The notes under the pieces were generated by a model that did no database searches, was not told where the DNA came from, and saw nothing but the letters and a program-made list of their open reading frames with translations. From Mobula hypostoma (lineage: Eukaryota), in the NCBI RefSeq assembly GCF_963921235.1, contig NC_086108.1:81098001-81162000 (forward strand): a stretch of 64,000 nucleotides of DNA. Direction: 5' to 3'. Of the stretch, positions 52,323-64,000 are shown piece by piece; position 1 is the first letter of the stretch; each line of letters begins with the position of its first letter. The translations under genes were made by a program, and so were the position numbers.

Positions 52323-53496
52323 TGTCATGAGCCCGTTGGGCCTATGTGGCTAACCGTAATTTATTGGGCTCTAAGGTTTGTAGAATCAGAATCAGGTTTA
52401 TTATCACCGGCATGTGACGTGAAATTTGTTAACTTAGCAGCAGCAGTTCAATGCAATACATAATCTAGCAGAGAGTGAAAAAAATAATAAATAATAATAA
52501 ATAAACAAGAAAATCAATTACATATATTGAATAGATTAAAAAACATGCAAAAATAGAAATATTGTATATTTTTAAAAAAGTGAGATAATGTCCTAAGCTT
52601 CAATGTCCATTTAGGAATCGGACGGCAGAGGGGAAGAAGCTGTTCCTGAATTGCTGAGTGTGTGCCTTCAGGCTTCTGTACCTCCTACCTGATGGTAACA
52701 GTGAGAAAGGGGCATGCCCTGGGTTCTGGAGGTCCTTAATAATGGACACTGCCTTTCTGAGACACTGCTCTCTAAAGATGTCCTGGGTACTTTGTAGGCT
52801 AGTGCCCAAGATGGAGCTGACTAGATTTACAACCTTCTGCAGCTTCTTTTGGTCCTGTGTAGTAGCCCCTCCATACCAGACAGTGATGCAGCCTGTCAGA
52901 ATGCTCTCCATGGTACAACTATAGAAGTTTTTGAGTGTATTTGTTGACATGCTAAATCTCTTCAAGCTCCTAATAAAGTACAGCCACTGTCTTGCCTTCT
53001 TTATAACTACATTGATATTTTGGGACCAGGTTAGATCCTCAGAGATCTTGACACCCAGGAATTTGAAACTGCTCAATCTCTCCACTTCTGATCTCTCTGT
53101 GAGGATTGGTATGTGTTCCTTTGTCTTACCCTTCCTGAAGTCCACAATCAGCTCTTTCGTCTTGCTGACATTGAATGGCAGGTTGTTGCTGTGGCACCAC
53201 TCCGCTAATTGGCACCTGCATCTGTTAATTGTGGTCTTAACTAGAGTCATTAAGCCCTCGTGCTTTCTGTTTAATCCTGTCAAGTTTATTTGACTGGTTT
53301 TCCGCGTTCTGTGATTACTTGAATCAGACTCCTGATTAGCGCTCATCACAGATTCCCTGTTTTGAGAATGATTCGTCTCACAGTGTCGCTCGGTCGAACC
53401 ACTGACGTCCTGTTGGAATACCTATGTATAAACTCTTGCTTCCGTCCCTATGTGTGAGTCTGTCATGTTCAATCGTTGCCAATGTTCACTGTGACA
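52323..53496. mobile_element. Solo LTR (~350 bp) interrupted by a Rex-type LINE, inside an old CR1
   Basis: TGTCA...TGACA termini with flanks AAAAG / AAAAC. Removing it restores the CR1 sequence GGAGACCAAAACTGTACACAATACTC. Confidence 0.7.
52381..53205 (-). mobile_element. Rex/Babar-type LINE RT C-terminus with (GATTCT)n tail
   Basis: ORF 52600-53349: WCHSNNLPFNVSKTKELIVDFRK...FKFLGVKISEDLTWS...FRNSFFPSAVRFLN. Confidence 0.9.
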
Positions 53497-55417
53497 AAAA
53501 CTGTACACAATACTCAAGGTGTGGTCTTTCCATGACTATACAGTACACAATTTCAAAAAGATTTCTTACCTCCTGTTAAGAAATACTAATAAAAGCTAAC
53601 ATACCATTTGCCCTCCTAATCTCATCCTTAGGAGGCTAAAGAAATTTGGCATATTCCCGTAAACCCTTAACGATTTTTACTGATACTTCACAGAAAGCAT
53701 CCTGTCTGAATGTATGATGGCGTGTTATGACAACTATTTCACTTGTGACTCCAACAAACTGCAGAGTTGTGGACACAGCTCAGCACATCACAGAAAACAG
53801 CTTTCCCTCCATGCACTCTGACTATACTTCCCATTGTCACAGCATAATCAAAGACCCCCCCCCCCCGCCCACCCTGGACATTCCCCTCCACCCCTCCCCC
53901 ATCCGGTAGAAAATACAAAAGCCTGAAAGTACATTCTCCCAGGCTCAGGGCTGTTTCTGCCCCACTGTTGTAGAATACTGAATGGTACCCTCATTATAAA
54001 CTTGGACCTTACTTTCTACCCACACTGCACTTTGTCTGAATTCTGGTATTGTTTCAACCTAATACCACATCAATGCATTGTGTAATGATCTGATCTGTAT
54101 GAATAATACGCAAGACAAACTTTTCACTTTACCTTGGTACATTATGACAATAATAAACCCATTCCAATTCCAGTATTGGCCTTCAGTGACTTGGGTACAA
54201 AAGCCATAGAACATCAGCGTTCTCCAACCTTTCATCATTTAACAAATATCTGCTTTGCTAATAAGTGCACACAGTGGATGACTTTACGTTTTTCCACATT
54301 ATACTCCATTGACCGTGTTTTTGTCCATTCACCCACTCTGACAATATCCCAATACAACCTCACTGCAGCTTCCTCTGTACCTACAGTGCCACTCTGTTTA
54401 GTAGCATGATTGAACTTGGACATAAGATAGTTTATCTTCTTGATCAGATTGTTAATGCAGATTATGAATAGATAAAGCCCCAGCATTGATCTCCATAGTA
54501 CTTCTCTAATCTTAGCCTATTTATCCCACCCTGATGAATAAACACTCGATGTTTTGGACTGAGATCCTTCATCAGCAACTGTTCATTCATTTCCATAGAT
54601 GCTGCCTGACCTGCTGAGTTCCCCTAGCATTTTGTATATATTACTCTGGATTTCCAGCATCTGCAGAATCTCCTGTGTTTATTTATTCCACGTTTTGCTT
54701 TCCACCCAATAGCCATTTCTCAATCCATATCAGTACCTTATCCCTAGTACAATGTGCAGGACTTTATCAAAAGTCTTCTGGAGATCCAAAAGCACCATAT
54801 TCACTGGTTCCCTTTGATTTATTCTGCTAATTAAATCATTCATAACTCCATGAAGATTCTGCTTCCAGACATTCTGTTTCTACAGCCTTCGTGACGGTTT
54901 CCAGCAGTATTCCTGCCACTGATGAAAGGCTAATCAGTTGGTAATATTCTGTTTTCTCTCTCCCTCCTTTCATAAATATTAGAATCACATTTGCCACTCT
55001 CAGATTCACAGGAATGATTCCAGATTCTGCAGAACTTTGAAAGATGATAACTCAAACATGCACTCTCTTCAAATCCACCTTTATTCAAACTCTAGGAAGC
55101 AAATCATTGGATCCTTGAGATTTCATGTTCAGAAAGTTCTCAAGTTTTATCTTTTGGCTAATATAGTTCCTTTAGCCGCTCATTCTCACTAGACCCTTGG
55201 TAATCCACACAATACATATAAAATGCTGGAGGAACTCAGCAGGTCCAGCAGTTTCCATGGAGAGGAATAAACAATCAATGTTTTAAGCCGGGACAGTTAT
55301 CAGGTCCAGATACTGTCCTGAAATAGGATAAATGACTCCAAATGTTGGCCATCCCTTTATTTCCACAGATGCAGGCTGACCTGTTGAGTTCTTCCAAAAG
55401 TTTATCTTTAGCTGCAG

Positions 55418-55982
55418 CAGATGGGGCGTATGGGGTGTCAGGGAAGGGTAGCACCTGTGTTGGGGGAACATGTTGCGTCCTTTTCAGGGCGGTTAGTCCA
55501 CCTTTGGTCCCCACCTGGCACTCAGCTCTCACCTGTGGCTCCCCGTAGCTGTTTGCATGCGACAGCGGCCACACCCCGGGCAACGGCTTTGACAAGCCGG
55601 CTAAACCAGGTGAGGGTAGCCGACGGGTCTCAAACCCTCGGTGAGATAGGGAGTTGTCTATCCCAGCATGTGAAGACAGACTGGTGGATTGAGCGGATGA
55701 GATCAATGGAAGGTCCAACGGTCAAGAAGGCGGTCTCTGCCAGTGTTGTGGAACGCGTAGAGCACGACATGATACAGAAGATGTCCTGGTCATCCACTGC
55801 GCTTAGTCCCATCTCCAGCCGTCTCGACTCTTGTCTTGCCACTGGATCCAGATGGGAATTGGGAAGAGAGAGTGAGGCTGACGCTGCGCAACTCTCCCTC
55901 ACTTAAATCCAAATCACGCTCTAGTCTCGACACCATCATTAAATGGTGTCGAGGTCTTCAGCGACGACGATGGATGAACAAC
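55418..55982 (+). mobile_element. Complete 565-bp non-autonomous RTE-type retroelement
   Basis: Perfect 8-bp TSD AGCTGCAG (55410-17, 55983-90); GC-rich; 11-bp-stem hairpin at 55926-55953; short (AAC)n tail; no tRNA head. Confidence 0.75.
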
Positions 55983-56894
55983 AGCTGCAGTAGGTGAGAG
56001 TATTGCATTACTGTTGTAGCCAGAACAATGCTCAAAGCTTGTAATATCATGAGAATTGGTTCAGAGGAGATTTCTGTTAGTGCCTGCAGCAGGAGCTGAT
56101 TTGTTAAATTTATGAAGTAATGTATACTTTATGTTATCTGAGGGGAAATTTCACTGAAGTATATCAAATTATGCATGATCAAGAGAAATATGTATTTTCT
56201 TGAACAAAAGGTTGAACAACCTAGCAGTGTGATGGATAGGTACATATTTGGTTTCTCCAAGATACTCTCTGCTATTTTACTGAAGTTGGAATACAACATT
56301 CATAGAGGCAGAACAAAAATTCTCTCACTACTAGTTTAAATATTTTCGGAGCAGTCACCAGCTGCACCCAGAGTTCATCAATGCAGAGGGGGACTATGGA
56401 GGTGCAGGATGTGGTCGTTTGTCCAGAATATTGAAAGTATGTCGCTGTGTAATAATAAGACTTACTCAATCTCTCAAACCGAGTGTGAATAAGTAATCTT
56501 TCCAAATGAAAGATCCGTGCAACCTTGGCATTCCTCTTCTTGTACTTTCAACAACAGTCACAAGGAACGACTGAAGCCTGAGGAAGGATTGTCCTCCTCA
56601 ATCATTTCCAGATTAAATATAGCAGATTATATTTCTGTGAGATGAGTTCTATCGTCACATGAAAATGATGAATGAGAGAATGAACCAGTAGGTTAAGTAT
56701 ACATTACTCTGCTTGAAATGGTCTCAGTAATAGCAGTGGGTCCCTGTATATCCTTACATCAAAATAAAATATAGCATTCCTAATGAGCTGTTGCCTTCAC
56801 CAAATTGAGACAGATATGCTACAGAATGAAATAATTTTCTACATTTTACCTACTTCCTGAAAGTACAAGCAAAACAAAATCAGTTTATTTAAAT

Positions 56895-57530
56895 AAGGCA
56901 TAGGAGCAGAATTAGGCCATTCGGCCCATCAAGTCTGCTGTGCCATTCCATCATAGCTGATTTTTTTTATCCCTCTCAGCTCCATTCTCCTGCCTTCTGC
57001 CTGTAATCTTTGACACCCTGACTAATTAAGAACCTATCTACCTCCACTTTAAATATACTCAATGACTTGGCCTCCACAGCCACCTGTGACAATGAATTCC
57101 ACAAATTCACCACCCTCTGGCTGGGTTACAAAATACACATGGACTAAGATGTTAACTGTCCTGTGCTATCACCAGTGGGATCACCAGTTGATCTGCCACC
57201 TGTCTTCAGGAGTTTCGGCCCACTTATGATCAAGACTCCTAAGGAAATTCCTCCTCATCTCTGTTCTAAAGGGACATCTGTCTATTCTGAGGCTATACCT
57301 TCTGGTCCTAGACACCCCTAATATTGGAAACATGTACTCCACACTTACTCTATCTAGGCCTTTCAATATTCAACAGGTTTCAGTGAGATACCCTCCTCCC
57401 CATCCCCCTGCATTCTTCTAATCTTCAGTGAGCACAGGCTCAGAGCCATCAAATGCTCCTCATACATTCACCCTTTCAGTCCAGGAATTGTTCTTGTGAA
57501 CCTCTTCTGGACATTTCCAATGCCAGCTCA
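56895..57530 (-). mobile_element. CR1 3' end with a ~115-bp foreign insert (~57124-57238)
   Basis: ORF 57181-57366 has a CR1 C-terminal peptide; tail CATAGGAGCAGAATTAGGCCATTCGGCCCATC. Confidence 0.85.
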
Positions 57531-57537
57531 CCTTTTG

Positions 57538-57748
57538 GGGAGGCATGGTAGTGTAGTGGTTAGCACAAGGGTTCAATTCCTGCTGCTGTCTGTAAGGAGA
57601 TTGTGCATTCTCCCCGTGACTGCGCGTGTTTCCTCTGGGCTCTCTGGTTTCATCCCATAGTCCAAAGACATCCCAGTTGGTAGTCTAACTGGTCATTATA
57701 AATTGTCTTGCGATTAGGCTCAGATTAAATCAGGGGGTTGCTGGGTGG
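57538..57748 (+). mobile_element. V-SINE
   Basis: A box TGGTAGTGTAGTGG, B box GGTTCAATTCC and V domain. Another copy lies on the minus strand at ~61000-61160. Confidence 0.8.
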
Positions 57749-59210
57749 CTCCCAAGTCCCTTTGCAGCTCTGAATACTTAATATATTCCTATCTTCTCTG
57801 TGCTGCCAAATGTTTAGTAGTCAGTTTCTGTGGCGAGCCTCCTCATGCTACATCAATGTTGTACTGCTTCCATTTCCAGCGGAGAAGAAAACACAACAAG
57901 CCACAACATGGAAAAGAACGTCCTAAAGGCACTTGAGCCAGATTCTCAGCAAATGATGCATCATCTATTCCAACGCACACAACATGCTGGAGGATGAAGT
58001 CCTAATGAAGGGTCTTGGCCCAAAACGTCAACTGTTTACTGATCTCCATCGATGCTGCCTGGCCTGCTGATTTCCTCCAGAATTTTGTGTGTGTTGCTTT
58101 GGATTTCCAGCATCTGCAGATTTTCTCTTGCCTGCAATTCACTCCAAGATATTTTCTACCCAATTCATGAGTAAATGTTCACCCAAGATTACATCCAGAC
58201 CTCCAGAAGTAAATAAAGTGGAACCTCATCAAACATATAGTCTGACTTTGCGTTTTCTATTGACGTTCTCTACAGTTTACCTTAATAGCATAATTTTGGC
58301 AAAAATAGGTCTGAAATTATACTTCATGGAATATTTGACCTATAATTTTCAATCTTCTTGTTAGTAAATAATTTTCTTGTTATTCTTTTCAATTGTACAC
58401 GTGGAAACATAGGCAGCCACTTCTTCAGCATGGTTTTGAGGTCAAAAGACTTCCAATATGGGTAAGCCTTAACTGTTGCTTAATTGATATGTTGTTACTT
58501 ATGGTCTTAAAAGACTTTTTTTTTCCTCTCTTGTGGACAGTAGAATGACTAATCACTACCAAGAAGTGAGAAACGAAATTGCAGATGCTCTGATAGAAAG
58601 TTTAATGCTGCTAGCCTGAAGGACATAAACTCTGCAGGATTTTGTCTCTTGATGCTCTTAGATTCATTTTGTGTATTAAATCTCTGATGCCTGTAATAAA
58701 TATCATAACTCTGCAATGCCTATCACTGAGTGTTTACACAAAGTGGTCTTAATTTTAGCATTGTGAATTGTCTGGATACCTGGGGAATAAACTGTCAGCC
58801 TCTAGAACACCAAGTGCTCTCAATCATTCTTCTAATCATGATTTGGTGATTAAAAAGTAAATTTGGACCATTTTTGAAACTCTGTGTAGCCTCATGTATG
58901 TCTACTTCATTGCATAGAATGGTCTGATATTCTTTGGAGGCCTGAGAGGTGAGTTGAATGAACTGTTCAAAATTCTTCTAGAGTTTGACATGGTGGATGT
59001 AGAGAGGCTGTTTTCCCTGACAGGAGTACCTGGAATCAGAGGTATAGATCAAGGTAAGTGGCTCACCAGCATTTTGGACTGAGATGAGGAGAGACCTTTT
59101 CACACAGAGGATTATTTGTTGCTTTTTTATTTATTCAGAGATACAGCACTGTGACAAGCCCTTTCAGCCCGATGAGCATGGGCCGCCTAGCTACACCCGT
59201 GACCAATAAA

Positions 59211-61000
59211 TAATATGGTGCTGGCGACACGTGGCGACGTTAGCAGGTTGCTCATTAGACTTCGAGACATACCTTCTCTGAATTACTATCACTGCTACCT
59301 GCAGCTTGTATTTTCCCTCTATGTAATGTACGTTAAGCCGTCCTAGCAAACTAGCGGTTCTCCAATATCCTGAAGGACTCGGCAGACTCGACCCTCAGGA
59401 ATGCAGGTATGGTACCTTTAAGCGGACATAGGTAGGATACATCACTATGGCCGGAAGAGGAGGAGGAGGAAAGGACTCCAAGACAGACTAAAACAATGGG
59501 GTGTAAAGCTTCCTCCACTCAATATCTTGTTAGCAAATGTACAGTCTCTTGAGAACAAGTTGGATGACCTAAGGTCAAGATAGGAGGGAAACGATTAATT
59601 GCTGCTTTCTCTGTTTCATGAGATGTGGCTCTCTTCGGGTCTGACTGACACTGAATACTTTGGTCAGACCCAGAGCTTCTTGTTCCATTGACCTCATACA
59701 TCTGATGATTAAGTGCTGCCTGTTCTACTTACCAAGAGAGTTCTCCTCCATGATGTTGACCTCAGTTTACATGCCACCGAAGGCCAATGTTAAGCAAGCA
59801 CTCGAGGTATTGAGTGTTGCGATTAACAAACAAGAAAACAGCTCACACCACTACCTTTCAAATCATTGCTGGGCACTTAAATCTGGGATGTTTGAAGAAA
59901 TTTCTGCCCAAACATCATCAACACATCACCTGCAGCACCAGGGGTCCAAACATACTCAACCATAAGGAGTGCTTACCGTTCCATTCCCAGAGATGGTCCT
60001 CCTCCAGAAGTTAAAGAGGAATACTCAAGAGACAATGAAGCGGTGATTGCAGGAGGCAGAGGACTGGGCCATGTTCAAGAACTCATCAAAGAATCTGAAC
60101 AAATATGTCACAGTTGTTACAGACATTATACAGTCAGTTGTGAACAAGTGTGCCCCAACAAAATAATTTAGAGTTTCCCCAACCAGAAGCCCTGGATGAA
60201 CCAAGAGATCTGCATTCCACAACCCGAGGGCCAGGTCAGTGGTGTTCAGGTCTAGCAACCACATAAAATACAGGAGGTCCAGGTATGACCTCCAGAAAAC
60301 AATCTCACAGGTGAAGTGGGAATCATCTAAAACTGTGACAAACTTCTATAGATGTGTGGTAGAGAGCATATTGACTGATTGCATCGCAAGCTGGTATGGA
60401 AACACCAATACCCTTAAACAGAAAATCCTACTATAAATAATGGATGCAACCCAGTCTATCATGGGTAAAGTCCTCTCCACCATTGAGCACATCTACAAGG
60501 AGTGGTGTTGCAGGAAAGCAGCATCTTTCATCAAGGACCCCCACCATCCAGGCCATGCTCTCTTCTTACTGATTGCCATCAGGAAGGAGGTACAGGAGCC
60601 TCAGGACCTACAACACCAGGTTCTGGAAGAGTTATTACCTCTCAGCCATCAGGCTCTTGAACCAAAAGGAATAACTTTAAACAGAAGGAATAACTACTCA
60701 TCTTCACTCACCCCAGAATTGAACTGTTTTCACGACCTAGGGACTCACTGTCAAGGTCTCTTCACCTCATTGCTCTTGGTATTTATTACTTATTTATTAT
60801 TATTTTGCTTTTTTTTCTTTGTATTTGTACAGTTTGCTGTCTTTTGCACATTTGTTATTTGTCCTTGTTGAATGAGGTTTTTCACTGATTCTATTGTGTT
60901 TCTCTGTATTTACTGTAAATGCCTGCAAGAAAATGAAACCTAGGGTTTTATATGGTGGCATATATGTACTTTGATAATAAATTTACTTTGAACTTTGAAT
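59211..61000 (+). mobile_element. Internally deleted Rex/Babar-type LINE (5' UTR, EN remnant, RT C-terminus, 3' tail)
   Basis: ILLANVQSLENKLDDL; IKCCLFYLPREFSSMMLTSVYMPP; NFYRCVVESILTDCIASWYG; tail TACTTTGATAATAAATTTACTTTGAACTTTGAA. Confidence 0.85.
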
Positions 61001-61277
61001 CTGTACGTCTTTGAAATGTGGGAGGAAACTGTAGCACCTGGAGGAAACACACACAGTCACAGGAAGAAAGTGCAAACTCCTTACAAACATTGGAAGAATT
61101 GAATCCGTGTTTCTGGCACCATAATAGCGTTATACTAACCACTACACCACCATGCCACCCCAATTATAAAAAATTACTCATCTTTAGAATTCTTTACACC
61201 AAAAATCTGAATGCACAGATGTCATGTACATTCTTTATAGTGATAGCTTCTTGGAGCTAAGGAAATAAACGAATATG

Positions 61278-61935
61278 TTCAAAGGTTTCAAAGATTCAAT
61301 TTATTATCAAAGTATGTATCCGAATACAACTCTGAAATTCATCTTCTCCAGATAGCCACGAAACAAAGAAAGAACATGAAAGTCATTCAGAGAGAAACAA
61401 CAATTCCCCCCTCCTCCCACAGCTTGCACAAAAATGAACAGCACCCAATCATCAATCCCCAAACCCCCTCCCTTTGCACAAAGTGCACCAAGGACATCAA
61501 CCCCCAAAACACCTCCCCTCGCACAACAAAATGGAAAGGAACAGACAAAAAAAAAACACAGAAAAAGTCTGAAAAACTCCACAGTCCATAAACACAATAG
61601 TCCATTCCATAAACGCGAAAGCATGTAACATCCTCCAACATCACTGATGTTCTTTGAAAGAGAGAGACACTACACAAGGCAGAGGTTTCAAAGGTTTTTA
61701 GCTTTCTTTGAATCGAGGCTGTCCAAGTACATGCTGGCTTCCCGGAATCCTCCTGGAGACAGCAAAGCGCTGGATCACTCTATTGATCTCCAAACTGTAA
61801 ATTGTAGGTCCTGACAGTCCCGGAAACACATTTAAGATGAAAAACAGAGGTAAAAGAAGTAAAATAGGCATTTTTGTGAGCTATCTGGAAGACGTTGACC
61901 AGAGGAGTGTTGTGCATTGGTGCCATCTTGACTGT
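61278..61935 (-). mobile_element. Non-autonomous element with AAGATGGC 5' end and Rex-type tail
   Basis: Minus strand starts CAGTCAAGATGGCACC and ends CATACTTTGATAATAAATTGAATCTTTGAAACCTTTGAA. Confidence 0.7.
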
Positions 61936-62622
61936 AAGTGTGCTTGCTGATGGTGAGATTCAGGCATTGACTGGCTAAAATAAGCTCAAAATGTTTGTGG
62001 ATCACACCCATTTAATTTGCAATTCGGTATTTGTGGATCTCATGACGATAAAACCAACAGAGATAATTTTCCCAAAACCTTTATCTTGGAATTTGATTTG
62101 GAGATAGTACATCAGTGGTTGTTGGAGCAAATGGCTAATGCAGCAGCTACATCGGCAGAAATTTTAAGATCACCTGACCCATTCAAGGAACAAATCACTT
62201 CAATCATTATTCCCCCTCTCACTGTAAGTAAATAATTCCTTCCACTAATTTTTTTATTGCCTTGTGAATTATTCATTGATGTTGAATGGTTTCCTTGTGT
62301 TGAAACTGGTCTGTTCCCAATGTGCATGTCTTTAATTATTTTTAACATGAGAGCAATATAGTCAGCGTCAGAGGTCTGTCTGATTGCAATCAATTTTTGT
62401 GTGCTTACACTTAAAATAATAAACTTTCTCTGAATATTACAATTAGAGGTATGTGTGAGGGTTAGTGTAACTTTAAGGACTAGATATGCCATATTGATGA
62501 CTTCTAGATTATTGTTACAGCCTTTGCTCTTACTTGGACATTGACTTCCTTCAGTATAAGTAGCCAACCTTCTGTTTTTGTCTATGAAACCCCTTTTACT
62601 TGGCATCTCTGGAAATGCAGCT

Positions 62623-63325
62623 TGTTAGTCCCTCACTAACAGCCACGGGATTTCACAGCGAGAACCCACCTTTCTCCAGCGTTATACGTTTAGAGAGTAT
62701 ATGACCTTGGTCCCACCAAATCCATGGGGTTGGGATGTCTTGCTCAGCCAGACCCAGATTTGTGTGAATGCTGTGTGATCAGCATAAAATAACAGATCGC
62801 ACACTGCACACAATTATAAAGTATATTTGTGAATGTTAACTTAACCTAAGAGTTAGTAAAGAGAAGAAATGATAAAAAAAAAAGGGCCCATTATAATTAA
62901 ACAGTCAAATGTGCAAAGGCTGGAGCTCAAATCTTCCAAAAGCCATATTCACCAATCCTCGGTGAGCTCCGTGCCCGGGCTCCATTGATTCATATTTCCC
63001 CACCAAATTGAATCCTACAACAGATTCTCTCCAGCATCTTCTCTCTTCATCTTCTGCTGGACAAAGACCAAGAGCCACCACCAGTGTCAGTCACAAAACC
63101 GCTCCCCCGGCCTTCTCTGGAGCCTTCTCCACGTTCCACTCTCCTGATTGGATAGCCCACATTCCTATACATCGCTTATCCCCAACAGTAACTCAAACAC
63201 TGCTTCTACAGAAAGACCATTACTTGAAATGCCTTGCAACATTAGCAGTAAAACCTTTACCAGGATGTTACACCTACAGAAGTAGCAGGACCAAAGAGCC
63301 GACAGTGATACCTCTGGGGTGTTAG
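62623..63325. mobile_element. Possible solo LTR
   Basis: Begins TGTTAG and ends GGGGTGTTAG; LTR-like composition, but no clean CA end or TSD. Confidence 0.35.
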
Positions 63326-63348
63326 TGCTTGGGACAGCATCAAGCGAA

Positions 63349-63716
63349 AAACACAAGAGATTCTGCAGGTGTCGGAAAGCTGGAGCAATGTAGAGAAAAT
63401 GCTGGAGGAACTCAATGGATCGGCCAGCGTTTATGGAGGGAAATGAATAGTTGATGTTTTGGTGCTGAGATCCTTCATAAGGATTCCAAATGTGGAGTAA
63501 TTTGACAGAGTGGTCCTGGAGGTAGGCTGTGATAATAGCAGGCAAAGGAAGCAGGCAAAGATATGTCAGCAAACCCAAGACAGTCCTGATGAAGGGTCTC
63601 AGCCTGAAACGTTTACTATTTATTGCTGTCCCTTGAGGCTGCCTGATCTGCTGAGTCCCTCCAGCATTTTGTGTTTATTACACTGGGCTTACAGCATCTG
63701 CAGAATCTCTTGTGTT
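63349..63716. repeat. Inverted pair of Penelope-like terminal repeats
   Basis: 63349-63485 (minus) and 63581-63716 (plus) are diverged inverted copies separated by ~95 bp. Confidence 0.8.
63581..63618 (+). ncRNA. Minimal type-I hammerhead ribozyme motif
   Basis: CAGTC CTGATGA AGG gtctcag CCT GAAAC GTT TACTA: intact CUGAUGA/GAAA core, 3-bp stem II, palindromic ACGU in place of stem III, GUU site; stem I partly eroded. Confidence 0.7.
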
Positions 63717-64000
63717 TAAGCACAAGGAATTCAACCATTTCAGTCATTTTCCCCTTTTTTATGGAATGAGTGGATTTTTTTTCCTGAGGGTGAATGGTGT
63801 AATGTTTCTATTCCCGAGGAGGACGCAGGAGCAAGTTGGGTGACTACACATGAGAGTAGGAAGGTGATATTAGTGCTGGTATCACAGACAAAAGAGTCAT
63901 TGGTGAGCCTACAAGTATCTCAAACCATGACATCTCATATGGCAAGTAAGAGGAAAAGGCTGGTTAATGAGAGGTCAGCTGAACTCGGTGGAAAAAAGGA

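Noticed and set aside
62017..62235. ORF ending at a GTAAGT donor-like site
   Set aside because: No good acceptor site and no recognisable homology.

Overview
Eukaryotic, repeat-dense DNA with no recognisable host protein-coding exon; probably intronic or intergenic. The repeat complement suggests a cartilaginous fish, probably a ray (inference from family recognition). It includes CR1/HER1-type LINEs, HE1-like V-SINEs, Rex/Babar-type LINEs, Penelope-like elements and Tc1/pogo MITEs. Most long ORFs are decayed transposon proteins. Highlights: (1) A 3.39-kb Ty3/Gypsy element (29026-32414, minus) has both LTRs, a 5-bp TSD and an RT-less in-frame gag-PR-IN gene. It has no tRNA primer-binding site; the 16 nt next to the 5' LTR are instead complementary to the AATAAA-containing segment of its own LTR, suggesting self-priming and/or a poly(A)-occluding hairpin. 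(2) That element sits inside a Harbinger derivative, which itself sits in a CR1 tail, with all TSDs readable. (3) Many Penelope-like terminal repeats carry minimal type-I hammerhead ribozyme motifs with covarying stems, often as inverted pairs. (4) There are non-autonomous RTE- and Rex-derived elements and chimeric SINEs. Boundaries of old LINE fragments are approximate.
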